The notes: generated from the letters alone by a model not told the origin. Shown: positions 48,985 to 59,668, counted from the stretch's first letter. The stretch is DNA of 64,000 nucleotides from Sumerlaeia bacterium (GCA_040219255.1 JAVJSW010000042.1:128001-192000); one strand, 5' to 3'. A program made the numbers and translations.

Positions 48985-49569
48985 TTACTGGACCATCAGG
49001 AGAGTGAGCCAGATCGGCGACGTCATGACCGCCATCGCCGCCGCCCAGGTCGCCACGGCGCCCGCCTTGTACTTCAGCGGCAGGGTGTTGTCCAACCACA
49101 ACATGGCCACGCCAAACGGGAAGCACATGACCAGGGCGAGCACGATGAGCCCAACGCGCCAGTTGTGCGCGACGAGCGGCGACTCGCACCGGACGGCTTC
49201 CGCCAGTTCCGGGAATTCGACCTCGACCGGGCGCCATTCCGGGTTGGTTTCGCTCTGGATCATGACCCGGCGATCGGTCAGGCGGCCTTTGAGCGAACCG
49301 TCGGCCCGGCAATAGGCACGCACGTAATCGGCCACCTCGAACTGGTTGAGGCTCTCAATGACTTGGCCACGGCGATTGCGAAGACTGTAGTGGCGCAGGG
49401 CGGGAAAGCGGCGCGCGGCCGGTTCCCAGGGGCTGTCCTCCGCGAGGATGGCCTCGCGGACGGCGGCGGTTTCGGACAACTCGCGCCGCAGCAAGGCATC
49501 ACGAACCGCGTCCTCGCTCCAGGGGCCGAGGATCTCGCCGTTGTTATCGACCAGAAAAGTCTTTTCCAT
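48985..49569 (-). CDS. Tandem GYF_2-like domain membrane protein
   Basis: GEILGPWSEDAVRDALLRREL..WEPAARRFP; second unit ending PEWRPV..FPEL; two C-terminal TMs (FPFGVAMLW). Confidence 0.6.
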   Translation of the reverse strand: MEKTFLVDNNGEILGPWSEDAVRDALLRRELSETAAVREAILAEDSPWEPAARRFPALRHYSLRNRRGQVIESLNQFEVADYVRAYCRADGSLKGRLTDRRVMIQSETNPEWRPVEVEFPELAEAVRCESPLVAHNWRVGLIVLALVMCFPFGVAMLWLDNTLPLKYKAGAVATWAAAMAVMTSPIWLTLLMVQ

Positions 49570-49702
49570 CCGCACCGTTTTCAGCCTCCTTCGCACACCC
49601 TACGTGCGCCGCCCCTGTGACATTCAAAGGGTGGCGCAAGTTTCCGTGGGTAGCAATCGGAAGGCCGATTCGGCGAAGAATTGGCGCGGATAAACCAGCG
49701 AT

Positions 49703-49741
49703 AAAAAAAACGATGAGCGCCACCCCTGCGGATGGCGCTCA
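49703..49741 (-). terminator. Rho-independent terminator of lpdA
   Basis: TGAGCGCCA / TGGCGCTCA stem, with T8 3 nt downstream on the minus strand. Confidence 0.75.
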
Positions 49742-49772
49742 GGCTTCGACCGCCTGAGTCGTTTTGACCCGC

Positions 49773-51179
<1,407 letters not shown>

Positions 51180-51336
51180 AACGTAGGTTACTCCAGGGAA
51201 GAAGGGGGGCGGCGGGCGCACTGGCCTTGTGAGCCGAAGCGGTCCGGCCCCACGAGATGATGGCTCGTTGTGCGAAAATCACGCCGGGGGGGTCAAGCCC
51301 TGGGATGAGGCGCGGGCGCAGGAAAAGCGGGGAGCC

Positions 51337-51365
51337 TTGACTTCCGGGCCGGGGCGGCTCACAAT
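51337..51365 (+). promoter_or_regulatory. Sigma70-type promoter of vapBC
   Basis: TTGACT-17 nt-CACAAT, followed by SD GAGGAGG before ATG 51403. Confidence 0.6.
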
Positions 51366-51402
51366 TGTCAGTGTTAAGTTTCCGGCGAGGAGGAACGGCC
51401 CC

Positions 51403-51645
51403 ATGATTCCTGACAAGCTGAGTGAATTGCCTGAAGAGGAAGCCGTCTCTCCAGAGGTGGAAGCACGGCGGCGGGAGTTGATCGGCGACCGGGCTGGGAG
51501 GAAGGTGAGCTTGGAAGAGTTGCTGGACCACCTGCGCGACGATCCCGATCCGCCAGACGACGCCGACGCGTTTCTGGAGGCGGCGCTTTCGTGCTGGCGG
51601 GACGAACCCATTCGAGACCACGCCTTTGAACCACGCGATCTTTGA
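51403..51645 (+). CDS. Putative antitoxin (VapB-like, 80 aa)
   Basis: Small acidic ORF with a strong SD, overlapping the start of the PIN toxin. Confidence 0.6.
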   Translation: MIPDKLSELPEEEAVSPEVEARRRELIGDRAGRKVSLEELLDHLRDDPDPPDDADAFLEAALSCWRDEPIRDHAFEPRDL

Positions 51646-52024
51646 CACAAACGTCCTGTCGTATTTCCTCAACAAGGACACGAGGGCCGAAAATTACCGG
51701 GTGTATCTGGCAGGATTCGAATGGCGGATAATTTCCTTCGTGACCCTCCTCGAGTGCCGATTCGGGGCTGAGCGCCGGGCTTGGGGGCCTGTGCGGCGGG
51801 CGGGGATGGAGTCGCTCCTGACTGAATTCCAGGTAGTTTATTCAGACGATTCGCTATGCTTCCAGGTTGCCCGTCTTCTGGCGGACCTCGAAAGGGCGGG
51901 TACTCCGATAGGCACTCACGACACCTGGATCGCCGCGACCGCCCTGGCGCTCCAGTGTCCCGTTGTGACCCACAACGCCCGGCATTTTCGCGCCGTCGAG
52001 GGCCTCCGGTTTCTAACCGCTTAG
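51626..52024 (+). CDS. vapC: VapC family PIN-domain toxin
   Basis: IFDTNVLS, ISFVTLLE, GTPIGTHDTWIAATAL and VTHNARHF. Confidence 0.92.
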   Translation: MNHAIFDTNVLSYFLNKDTRAENYRVYLAGFEWRIISFVTLLECRFGAERRAWGPVRRAGMESLLTEFQVVYSDDSLCFQVARLLADLERAGTPIGTHDTWIAATALALQCPVVTHNARHFRAVEGLRFLTA

Positions 52025-52113
52025 CATTGCCGTTCCCATTCCGCTTGCCCGGCGGAGCGCCCCATACCCACCCTGGAGCATCCGAAACGACCTATCCAGA
52101 GGACGACGATTTC

Positions 52114-53589
52114 ATGAAGGTTTTGGTTACAGGCGGCGCCGGCTACATCGGCAGTGTAACGGTGGAGGCCCTGATCGCTCGGGGCGACGACGTGATTGTG
52201 GTGGACAATCTGTCCACCGGCCACCGGGGTGCCGTGCATCCGAAGGCGGAATTCCTGGAAGTGGACATCTTGGACACACCGGCTCTGATTCGGGCGATGG
52301 TCTTCAAGGTCGATGCGGTGATTCACTTCGCGGCGTCCTCTCAGGTCGGCGAGTCGGTCAAAGACCCGCAGAAGTACATGGAAAACAACGTGGGGGGAAC
52401 GCTGTCTCTGCTGAAGGCGATGCGGGCCGCTGGGGTGAACAAGCTGGTGTTCAGTTCGACCGCGGCCGTTTACGGCGAGCCTGGGAGCGTGCCGATCACG
52501 GAAGATCAGCCGACCGCGCCGGCGAACCCCTATGGCATGACGAAGCTCTTCATGGAGCAGGCGATGCAGACCTTCAGCGACGCCTACAAGCTGCGCAGCG
52601 TGCGCCTGCGGTATTTCAACGCGTGCGGCGCCAGCCCGAACCGGGGCGAGCATCACGATCCAGAGACCCACTTGATTCCGCTAGTGTTGCAGGTGGCACA
52701 GGGCAAGCGCGACGATGTGAAGATTTTCGGTACGGATTATCCCACTCCAGACGGCACCTGCGTGCGCGATTACATTCACGTGGACGATCTGGCGCGGGCG
52801 CACATCGCAGCGCTGGAGTACCTGCAGAACGGTGGTCCTTCCGTTTCCATCAACCTGGGCAACGGCCAGGGATACAGCGTCCGCCAAGTCATCGACGTTT
52901 GCCGCCAGGTGACTGGCAAAGACGTTCGCGCCGCGGAAGCGCCTCGGCGCGCCGGGGACCCGAGCCAACTGGTGGCGTCCGCGGAAAAAGCGCGCGATCT
53001 GCTTGGCTGGGCTCCAGAGAAGTCGAGTCTGGAGCAAATCGTCAGGGACGCCTGGCGCTGGCATCAGGCCCATCCGTCGGGTTATCCGGAGTCGGAATCG
53101 ACCGCTCCCCCGCCGGCTCCGGCCATGCCGAATACGGCGATCACGGACGAAACGGCGCAAACGCCGGTCACTCAGCCTTCCGCGGGCAAGTCCAACGAGG
53201 ATGAACGCAAGCCGATCAGCGCCACATCGACGATTGGCCTGGGCGAAACGATGATCCTCCAGCGGACCGCCGATAAGGTTGGCCTGCGCTATTCCCGGCT
53301 GGACGAGTACGATCTGGATTCGAAGGAAGCGGAAAAGGCGCGAGGCTTGATTTCGGCGGAAATGGCGGCTTCGAAGAAGTTCTTCCCGCTGTCGCTGGAG
53401 GAAAAACCCGGCGCCGCGCCGATTCTGCATATCGCCGTGGTCGACGCGCTCGATGTGACAATCACCGACGCGCTTCAGTTCATGCTGCCGGAATACACGA
53501 TCCAACCGGTCGTGGTAAAGGGTGCGAACCTCAAAGAAGTCACCCGGAAGTACTATGGCGCTGAACAGGGTGGGGCGGGGGCGGGCTGA
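52114..53589 (+). CDS. galE: UDP-glucose 4-epimerase fused to a C-terminal PilB/GspE N-terminal (T2SSE_N)-like domain
   Basis: VTGGAGYIGS, HFAA, FSSTAAVYG, YGMTK, RYFNACG and DGTCVRDYIHV; the frame continues about 165 aa beyond the normal GalE end (HPSGY). Confidence 0.9.
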   Translation: MKVLVTGGAGYIGSVTVEALIARGDDVIVVDNLSTGHRGAVHPKAEFLEVDILDTPALIRAMVFKVDAVIHFAASSQVGESVKDPQKYMENNVGGTLSLLKAMRAAGVNKLVFSSTAAVYGEPGSVPITEDQPTAPANPYGMTKLFMEQAMQTFSDAYKLRSVRLRYFNACGASPNRGEHHDPETHLIPLVLQVAQGKRDDVKIFGTDYPTPDGTCVRDYIHVDDLARAHIAALEYLQNGGPSVSINLGNGQGYSVRQVIDVCRQVTGKDVRAAEAPRRAGDPSQLVASAEKARDLLGWAPEKSSLEQIVRDAWRWHQAHPSGYPESESTAPPPAPAMPNTAITDETAQTPVTQPSAGKSNEDERKPISATSTIGLGETMILQRTADKVGLRYSRLDEYDLDSKEAEKARGLISAEMAASKKFFPLSLEEKPGAAPILHIAVVDALDVTITDALQFMLPEYTIQPVVVKGANLKEVTRKYYGAEQGGAGAG

Positions 53590-55295
53590 GACTCCGTTCG
53601 CAGGCCCGGCAATTCCGCCAAGTCCAATAGTTGCAAGGTTGCTGTGTTATGAGCCAGCGCCTGCGCGATGTGGACCGGGGCTTGCATGCCCCACTGTGCC
53701 AGCAGATTGATCCAGCCCAGATGCCGCTCCTGACGCGACCCGTCCGGCCAGAGGCTGTGGACGAGGGTATCGTGCCATCGTTCGCCATGACCGGCTTGCT
53801 GGGCGAAGTAGTTGGCGAGACGACCGGTCAGTTGTTCGGCGCGGCCATCGAAGGCCGTCAGCAGTCGCCCGTAGGCCTGATGGATGGCGGTGTCACGACC
53901 GGCCCCGTCGATCGTGGCGCCGGCGCGGGCGAGGGCTTCGCGTATCGTTTCGAACTCCTTGCGGACCGCGTTCTGTGCCTGGAATTCGTCACCGTGGCGA
54001 GAGGCGGCGCGAGCGATGGCCTCTGGCCCGGAGGCGTAGGCTTCCTCGATTTCAAGGCCCAGGCGCTGGGCGGCGCGGCGCACTGGCGGTTCGATCAGGA
54101 CGGCGCCGGGGCGCGGAATGAGGGCCGGACGGAAGATGCCGGTCTCCGCGTAGAGCGGCCCGATCTGAGCGTGATAGATCAGTTCGGAAGGCCCCGCCAC
54201 GTACGCGGCGGTGGGCAGGGCGGCGTCCTGCACGAGCGGCCGGAGCGCGGCGTTGGGACTGAAGGCCTCGGGGGTTTCCTCGAGCCGGGCGAGAAGGTCT
54301 TGGGGGCTGGCCTCGAGGAGCGATTCTCCGGTGGCGGGATGGGTGACGCGACAGCGGTCGTCGTGCCAGGTGGCCTTTCCGCGAATGCCACCGATTTCCA
54401 GGAACCAGTTGGCTTCGTTACCGTTGCGATGAATGGCGCGGTCGCCGACGCCCACGATGGCCAGAGCTTGGGCGGACTCGGCGAGTAGTCCAGAGAAACG
54501 TGTTCCGCCTTCGATGTCCGAGCGGATGACGGCGATCGCGCGGCGCCTCAGCCACCCCAGCCGCGGGGCGACGGGTACGAGGCCAAGAGGCCCGAGGGTC
54601 CGCAAGAGGAGTCGTGTGAACTGGTCCTCCCAGGTGGTGTCGGCGGATGAATGGACGAAGTGGAGGAGTTCGTCGAGCTGGGGGGCGCCGGGGAGGGCGT
54701 CGCGGATGGCGCGAGACAAATCGGCCACCATCGCCGGGGTCAGTTGGACGCGAGAGACGGACCGGCCCGGCCCGGCTGCCGGGGAGGGCGCTGACCAGGA
54801 GCGAAGGCGACGCTCGCGGTCGAGCCAACGGGCGGTGGCGACTTCGGCGAAATCGTGATCGTCCGAAGCGACCCAGAAAACAGGAACCGCCGGAATCCCG
54901 GTCTCACGCTCGATGGCATGGGCCCAGGCGATGGCCCCAGCGGCCTTGTAAAGCGTGTAGAGCGGCCCGCCGAGCAGGCCCGCCTGTTGACCGGTGACGA
55001 CTGCGACGGTGCCGGGGCGAGCCAGTTTCTCCAGGCCGGCCAGCGCTTCGGCGGGAGGCTGGAGCGGCTCCAGCCAGCTACGCCAATCGTTTAGCTCATC
55101 GGGAGTCAGCGGAGGAAAGCCACTCCGCGAGCGAACCGCGGCGCGGACGGAGATCTGGGCCGGTCCGGCGTCGAACCACTTTGAAATGCCGGGGTCGCCG
55201 GCGAAGAGCAACTGGGGCCATTGGGCCGCTGTCGGGAGAGACAAGGGTTCTGTTCGTTTCCGTGGCGGAAGGATGGGGGGCGCGGCGTCCGGCAA
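53553..55295 (-). CDS. bshC: Bacillithiol biosynthesis cysteine-adding enzyme BshC
   Basis: VVTGQQAGLLGGPLYTLYKA, PVFWVASDDHDFAEV, SPNAALRP..LPTAAYVAGPSE..Y and QER. Confidence 0.88.
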   Translation of the reverse strand: MPDAAPPILPPRKRTEPLSLPTAAQWPQLLFAGDPGISKWFDAGPAQISVRAAVRSRSGFPPLTPDELNDWRSWLEPLQPPAEALAGLEKLARPGTVAVVTGQQAGLLGGPLYTLYKAAGAIAWAHAIERETGIPAVPVFWVASDDHDFAEVATARWLDRERRLRSWSAPSPAAGPGRSVSRVQLTPAMVADLSRAIRDALPGAPQLDELLHFVHSSADTTWEDQFTRLLLRTLGPLGLVPVAPRLGWLRRRAIAVIRSDIEGGTRFSGLLAESAQALAIVGVGDRAIHRNGNEANWFLEIGGIRGKATWHDDRCRVTHPATGESLLEASPQDLLARLEETPEAFSPNAALRPLVQDAALPTAAYVAGPSELIYHAQIGPLYAETGIFRPALIPRPGAVLIEPPVRRAAQRLGLEIEEAYASGPEAIARAASRHGDEFQAQNAVRKEFETIREALARAGATIDGAGRDTAIHQAYGRLLTAFDGRAEQLTGRLANYFAQQAGHGERWHDTLVHSLWPDGSRQERHLGWINLLAQWGMQAPVHIAQALAHNTATLQLLDLAELPGLRTESQPAPAPPCSAP

Positions 55296-55304
55296 AAAGG
55301 AGGT

Positions 55305-56414
55305 TTAGCCGCCTGGGGCGGAGGACGAATCCACTGCGGGATGGGCGGCCAAGGCCTCGCCGGGAAGGACGAAATCGGACCATGACCGCAGGAGCCCCAC
55401 TGGCTTTTGGACCCGATAGGCGAATTCCGCGCCAGCTTCCGCAAGCTCCCAATGGCGTCCGGTGGGGTCGGCGTAGAGGGTGAAGGCGCGTTCCGGGCCG
55501 GCGGTGGTGGCGACGCGCAGGACCTGGGTGGTGGCGTCCGCGGCGGTCGCGGGACTGGCGGTGGCGAAGCTGAGGTAAGAAAGGGCTCGCAGTTGACGGA
55601 GGGCGCCCTGGACGGCGGACGGACGGGCCGGACGGAGCTGCTGGCCGTCCTCGACATTCCACGTCCCTGGGCGGGCCTGGGTCAGGCGGTAAACGAGCGT
55701 GTCGCCTTGCCACAGGGAAAGGCTGCGAATATCGCCGTCCGCGCCGTCGAGCGACAGAACGTCGCGCTGGCGCCAGTCGCGGGGAAAGGCGCCGGCGAAG
55801 TTATCGGTCAGATCGCAGGCCACCAGGTAAACTTGCGATTCGTCGGGTCGGCGGATGTAGGTTTTTCCAAGAGTCTTGCGGCCGATGAAGAGGTCTTCCC
55901 GGACATTGTTCTCCTTCAGGAACCTGACCCGGACGCCGGTCTGGGGGGTGACACCGAAAACCCGATCGTGGTTGTAGGGATTGTCTCCATGGAGTTGGAC
56001 GAAAAGGCTGCCATCGATTTCCGGTTCGCCCTCATCGGTGGAGAACATGCGCTGGACGCGCCGGGGCGAGACGGGGTGCCAGGTTTCGCCATCCAGGACG
56101 CTCCAGGCCTGGCCCTCTCGTTTGAGGTGGATGAGGGCGCCGTTGGGCTGATGGACCTCGATGGCATCGATGGTGGTGGAGTCGACGCCCCCGAAGAATG
56201 TGGAGGCGACGCCGACGCTTCGGTGGTAGAGTCCCTCGCTGGCGTTCCCCCGAAGGGTCATGGTGAAGAGGATCGAGCCGGAGACGGCGAGGATCAGCGA
56301 CCACTGGCCGACGCGAGTGCGCAGGAACCGGAGCCAGTTGAGGGGCGAGAGGGGCCGGTGCGGATTCTCGAATCGCTTCCAATCGTGGGAGAGAAGGGGG
56401 GATGAGGTCTTCAT
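55305..56414 (-). CDS. DUF4340-like membrane-anchored protein
   Basis: N-terminal TM; two repeats including IGRKTLGKTYIRRPDESQVYLV..DWRQRDVL. Confidence 0.6.
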   Translation of the reverse strand: MKTSSPLLSHDWKRFENPHRPLSPLNWLRFLRTRVGQWSLILAVSGSILFTMTLRGNASEGLYHRSVGVASTFFGGVDSTTIDAIEVHQPNGALIHLKREGQAWSVLDGETWHPVSPRRVQRMFSTDEGEPEIDGSLFVQLHGDNPYNHDRVFGVTPQTGVRVRFLKENNVREDLFIGRKTLGKTYIRRPDESQVYLVACDLTDNFAGAFPRDWRQRDVLSLDGADGDIRSLSLWQGDTLVYRLTQARPGTWNVEDGQQLRPARPSAVQGALRQLRALSYLSFATASPATAADATTQVLRVATTAGPERAFTLYADPTGRHWELAEAGAEFAYRVQKPVGLLRSWSDFVLPGEALAAHPAVDSSSAPGG

Positions 56415-56660
56415 GGCTGGTCCAAACCGATCAGGGGATCGTTGAACGGAATAAATGATTTGTCACTGAAACAGATGGCACCACGAAGGCTTTCCGTCAA
56501 GGACGACTCGCGAATCGAATTCCAGACGGCTCATGTTGGGGTTGCTCTGTGCCCCCCGAACCCCTTAGTTCCCACAGACCGTTTTCCGCTGGCGCCTTTG
56601 ATTCGATGGGTTTCGAACGCCGGTGGGGGACTCATCCCGATGCGAAGACATGTGATACCG

Positions 56661-57419
56661 ATGCTGAAAAACTTTCAGACTCCTACGATTTTCCTGGGCT
56701 TGTTCCTGCGCAAGTTTGACGTTTCCGACTTCAAGAGCTTCAGCGAGACGCTGCCCTGGCGCCTGCCCGAGTTGGACGCCGACGCGCCGCAATTCGCCAA
56801 TTTGCCCCCGAACGCTCCGCCGGACCAGCCGCGGGTGCGCTTCCTTTCCAAGGACGGCCGGCTTCAGCTCGAAGTCGCCCCGGCCAAGATTCATTTCCGC
56901 ATGATGCCCGGCGAAGTGACTCAGAACGAGCAGGGGCAGGCCAGCCTGAAGGCGCTTCCGGTGCCCGAGGCTTTTGAATCCTTCATCCCCCAAGCGATGC
57001 GGGTTCATACCACCCTGACGGAGCACTTCGGGGCGACGTCTTCGCGCGTGGGCATCATCACCGATATGATCGCTCCGGTGCCGAGCAGCGCCAACCAGCG
57101 CATCCAGAAGTACATCATGGGTGGCAGCAACCTGCTTGGCGAACGCCTGGCGGACATCAACATCAACGTTTTGTCGCGTGTGCAGTTGCCGAACGACGGT
57201 CCGAACGTGAACCGCCGCATCATGGTGCGCGGGATTCGCTCGGGCGGCCCCCAGGGCCCCGGCGGCGATCTGCTGCTGAACGTCAATGTGGACGTGAACA
57301 CGTTGGCGGAAGAACCCTATGACATCACCACGGCGGAGCTGGAGAAGTTCCTGCGGGGCGTGAGCAAACACATGGACACAAGTGTGCCGCTGCTGAACGA
57401 ACCGCAGATTTTCGAATAG
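56661..57419 (+). CDS. Hypothetical protein
   Basis: Strong GC3 codon bias from ATG 56661; LPPNAPPDQPR and VDVNT motifs; directly upstream of xseA. Confidence 0.65.
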   Translation: MLKNFQTPTIFLGLFLRKFDVSDFKSFSETLPWRLPELDADAPQFANLPPNAPPDQPRVRFLSKDGRLQLEVAPAKIHFRMMPGEVTQNEQGQASLKALPVPEAFESFIPQAMRVHTTLTEHFGATSSRVGIITDMIAPVPSSANQRIQKYIMGGSNLLGERLADININVLSRVQLPNDGPNVNRRIMVRGIRSGGPQGPGGDLLLNVNVDVNTLAEEPYDITTAELEKFLRGVSKHMDTSVPLLNEPQIFE

Positions 57420-57432
57420 TCCGCGGCTTGGA

Positions 57433-58680
57433 ATGACAGACCTCTCCCCCGCCGAAGCCTCGCAGGATCGCAAGCCCCTCTCGCCCTCGGCCGTCAACGC
57501 GATGGTCGGGGGTTTGCTGGAACCGGCCTTGAACCGGCTCTGGGTCGAGGGCGAGATCAGCAATTGGAAGGTGGCCGGCAGCGGCCACGCCTATTTCGCG
57601 CTGAAGGATCGGGACTCGATGCTCGAGTGCATCGCGTGGCGGTCGACGCTGGCCAAGGGCCGCGACCGCTTTCGCGACGGCGATCAGGTCGAGGTGCGGG
57701 GGGGCATTTCCGTTTACCAGAAACGGGGCCAATACAGCCTGATCGCGGATTCGATCAAGCCGGTGGGCGCGGGTCTGCTGTGGCAGAAGTTTCTTGAACT
57801 CAAGGAAAAGCTGGAGCGGGAAGGCCTCTTCGATCCGGCCCGCAAGCGGCCGATTCCCCGGCTGCCCCGGTGCGTGGGGATCGTAACGTCTCCGACGGGG
57901 GCGGCGGTGCGCGACATGCTCCATGTGCTCGAGCGCCGGGCGCCGGGCTTGTCGGTGTGGATCTATCCGGCCAAGGTGCAGGGTGCTGGAGCGGCGGAGG
58001 AAATCGCTCGCGGAGTGCAGGCGCTCGGGGCCTCGGGCGAGGTCGATGTGGTGATCGTGGCGCGGGGGGGCGGTTCGATGGAGGATCTTTGGGAATTCAA
58101 CGATGAGAGGCTGGCGCGGGCGATCGCGGCTTGCCCGGTGCCGGTGATCAGCGGGGTGGGGCACGAGGTGGACTTCACGATCGCCGATTTCGTGGCGGAC
58201 ATGCGGGCGCCAACACCCAGCGCCGCCGCCGAGGTGGTGAGCGAAGACCATCTGGGGACGCTGGCTCGTGTGCGGGAATTGGCTGGGCGGGTGGAGCGAG
58301 TCATCGACCGGCGACTGGCGGACGCGCGGGGCCGGACGCGGGCGGCGGCGTCGAGTTACGCTCTGCGCCAGCCGGAAAGCTTGCTGCGCGAGGCCCAGCA
58401 ACGGACCGACGACGCGCTGCGCCGGGCGGACGAAACGGTGGATCGGCGTCTGGGCGATGGGCGGTCGCGGTTGATGGCGGCGCTGGCGGGGATGCGGGGG
58501 CACGATCCAGGTCTGGTGTTGAAAAAGGGTTATGCCATCGTGCGGCGCGGCCGCGACGGCAAGGTGGTGGTCAAGCCCGGACAGGTGCGCCAGGGCGAAG
58601 CGCTGGAGACCGAATTCGCCCAAGGAACGATCCGGAGCGTGGTGATCGACGACCAGCCGGATCTCTTTATCGAAGGCTAG
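57433..58680 (+). CDS. xseA: Exodeoxyribonuclease VII large subunit
   Basis: WVEGEISN..SGHAYFALKD, VTSPTGAAVRD, RGGGSMEDLW.FNDE and GHEVDFTIADFVAD.RAPTPSAAAE. Confidence 0.96.
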   Translation: MTDLSPAEASQDRKPLSPSAVNAMVGGLLEPALNRLWVEGEISNWKVAGSGHAYFALKDRDSMLECIAWRSTLAKGRDRFRDGDQVEVRGGISVYQKRGQYSLIADSIKPVGAGLLWQKFLELKEKLEREGLFDPARKRPIPRLPRCVGIVTSPTGAAVRDMLHVLERRAPGLSVWIYPAKVQGAGAAEEIARGVQALGASGEVDVVIVARGGGSMEDLWEFNDERLARAIAACPVPVISGVGHEVDFTIADFVADMRAPTPSAAAEVVSEDHLGTLARVRELAGRVERVIDRRLADARGRTRAAASSYALRQPESLLREAQQRTDDALRRADETVDRRLGDGRSRLMAALAGMRGHDPGLVLKKGYAIVRRGRDGKVVVKPGQVRQGEALETEFAQGTIRSVVIDDQPDLFIEG

Positions 58681-59668
58681 CGCTGGAGCCCGCGCCCGCC
58701 TCGGCGGGGCGGAATTGCCGGTGGCAAGTCTGGCAGGACACGGCCAAGTCCCAGAAGGCCACGTCGGCCGCCTCTCGGCTTCCATTCAGCAGGGCTTCGT
58801 TAAGAGCGCGGGCCTTTGTGATCGTTTCTTCCATCAGAGCCTTCATGGGCGGTTCGACGGGCGGATCGGCGGCGATCCACTGGGCGAAGGTGTCGGCCAC
58901 GGTGCGGGCTTCGTAGGCGGGCGTGGTGTCGCTGTGGGCCTGTGGACTGGCCCATTGGTGATGGGCTTGGGCTTCGGCGAGGATGTCGAAGGCGCGCCCG
59001 GCGTCGCGCATGACCTGCGGCAGGGAGCGGGGCGGGGCATCGAAGCGGAGTTCGAAGGGCTGGGCCTCCGCCGCGAAATAGCGGACGTCATCGTAGCGGT
59101 CGAGGATGTCGCTCCAGAGGCCGGCCATGCGTTCCGGAGTTTCGTAGCCGGTTCCCTGGAAAAAGACGCTGGCGCGGTTGTTCCCCTGGCCTTCGTCCCA
59201 GGCGGCGGCGAGCGAGGCGATGGCCAGCACACGGCCGTCGGCGGCCCGCGAGTGGAGCAGGTAATTGCCCTGGGTTTCGATGATGGTGCGGAGGATCTGA
59301 TAGAGTTCGGCCGGTTCGATGCGGCCCGGGCGGACGGGATTGTGGAGGTGGCTCATGCCGAGGCGGCCGGCGGGGGTGCGGCCCGGGGGGGCTTCGTCGA
59401 TGCTGAGGATGGTGCGGACGCCGCGATCGTCGCGCAGGTGGCGGAAGTCCGCTTCCTCCCGGAGGTCGCCGGCGACGGCCTGGATGCGGCCGGTGAAGTT
59501 CCAAAGGGGCAGGCCGCTGGGCAGTTGGAGGCGCACGGGCGGCGTGGTCAGCTCGCTGGCGGCGACGGCGCGGGCGATGTCTTCGGCGCGGAAAGGTTGC
59601 GCGGCTGCGGCGGATGCGCTGGCGGTGAGAGCCAGGAGCAGGAAGCTGAGCTGTGTGAATCGAGACAT
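58667..59668 (-). CDS. Secreted protein: degenerate phosphatase-like (DUF442/DSP) domain + C-terminal cytochrome c'-like heme motif
   Basis: Signal peptide; GVRTILSID..GMSHLHNPV; C-terminal SCQTCHRQFR (CxxCH) after a helical region. Confidence 0.6.
   Translation of the reverse strand: MSRFTQLSFLLLALTASASAAAAQPFRAEDIARAVAASELTTPPVRLQLPSGLPLWNFTGRIQAVAGDLREEADFRHLRDDRGVRTILSIDEAPPGRTPAGRLGMSHLHNPVRPGRIEPAELYQILRTIIETQGNYLLHSRAADGRVLAIASLAAAWDEGQGNNRASVFFQGTGYETPERMAGLWSDILDRYDDVRYFAAEAQPFELRFDAPPRSLPQVMRDAGRAFDILAEAQAHHQWASPQAHSDTTPAYEARTVADTFAQWIAADPPVEPPMKALMEETITKARALNEALLNGSREAADVAFWDLAVSCQTCHRQFRPAEAGAGSSASLR

Noticed and set aside
53230-53280. MshEN c-di-GMP-binding motif in the GalE tail
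   Set aside because: GLGETMILQ lacks the RLG arginine and the downstream G/L spacing, so c-di-GMP binding is not claimed.
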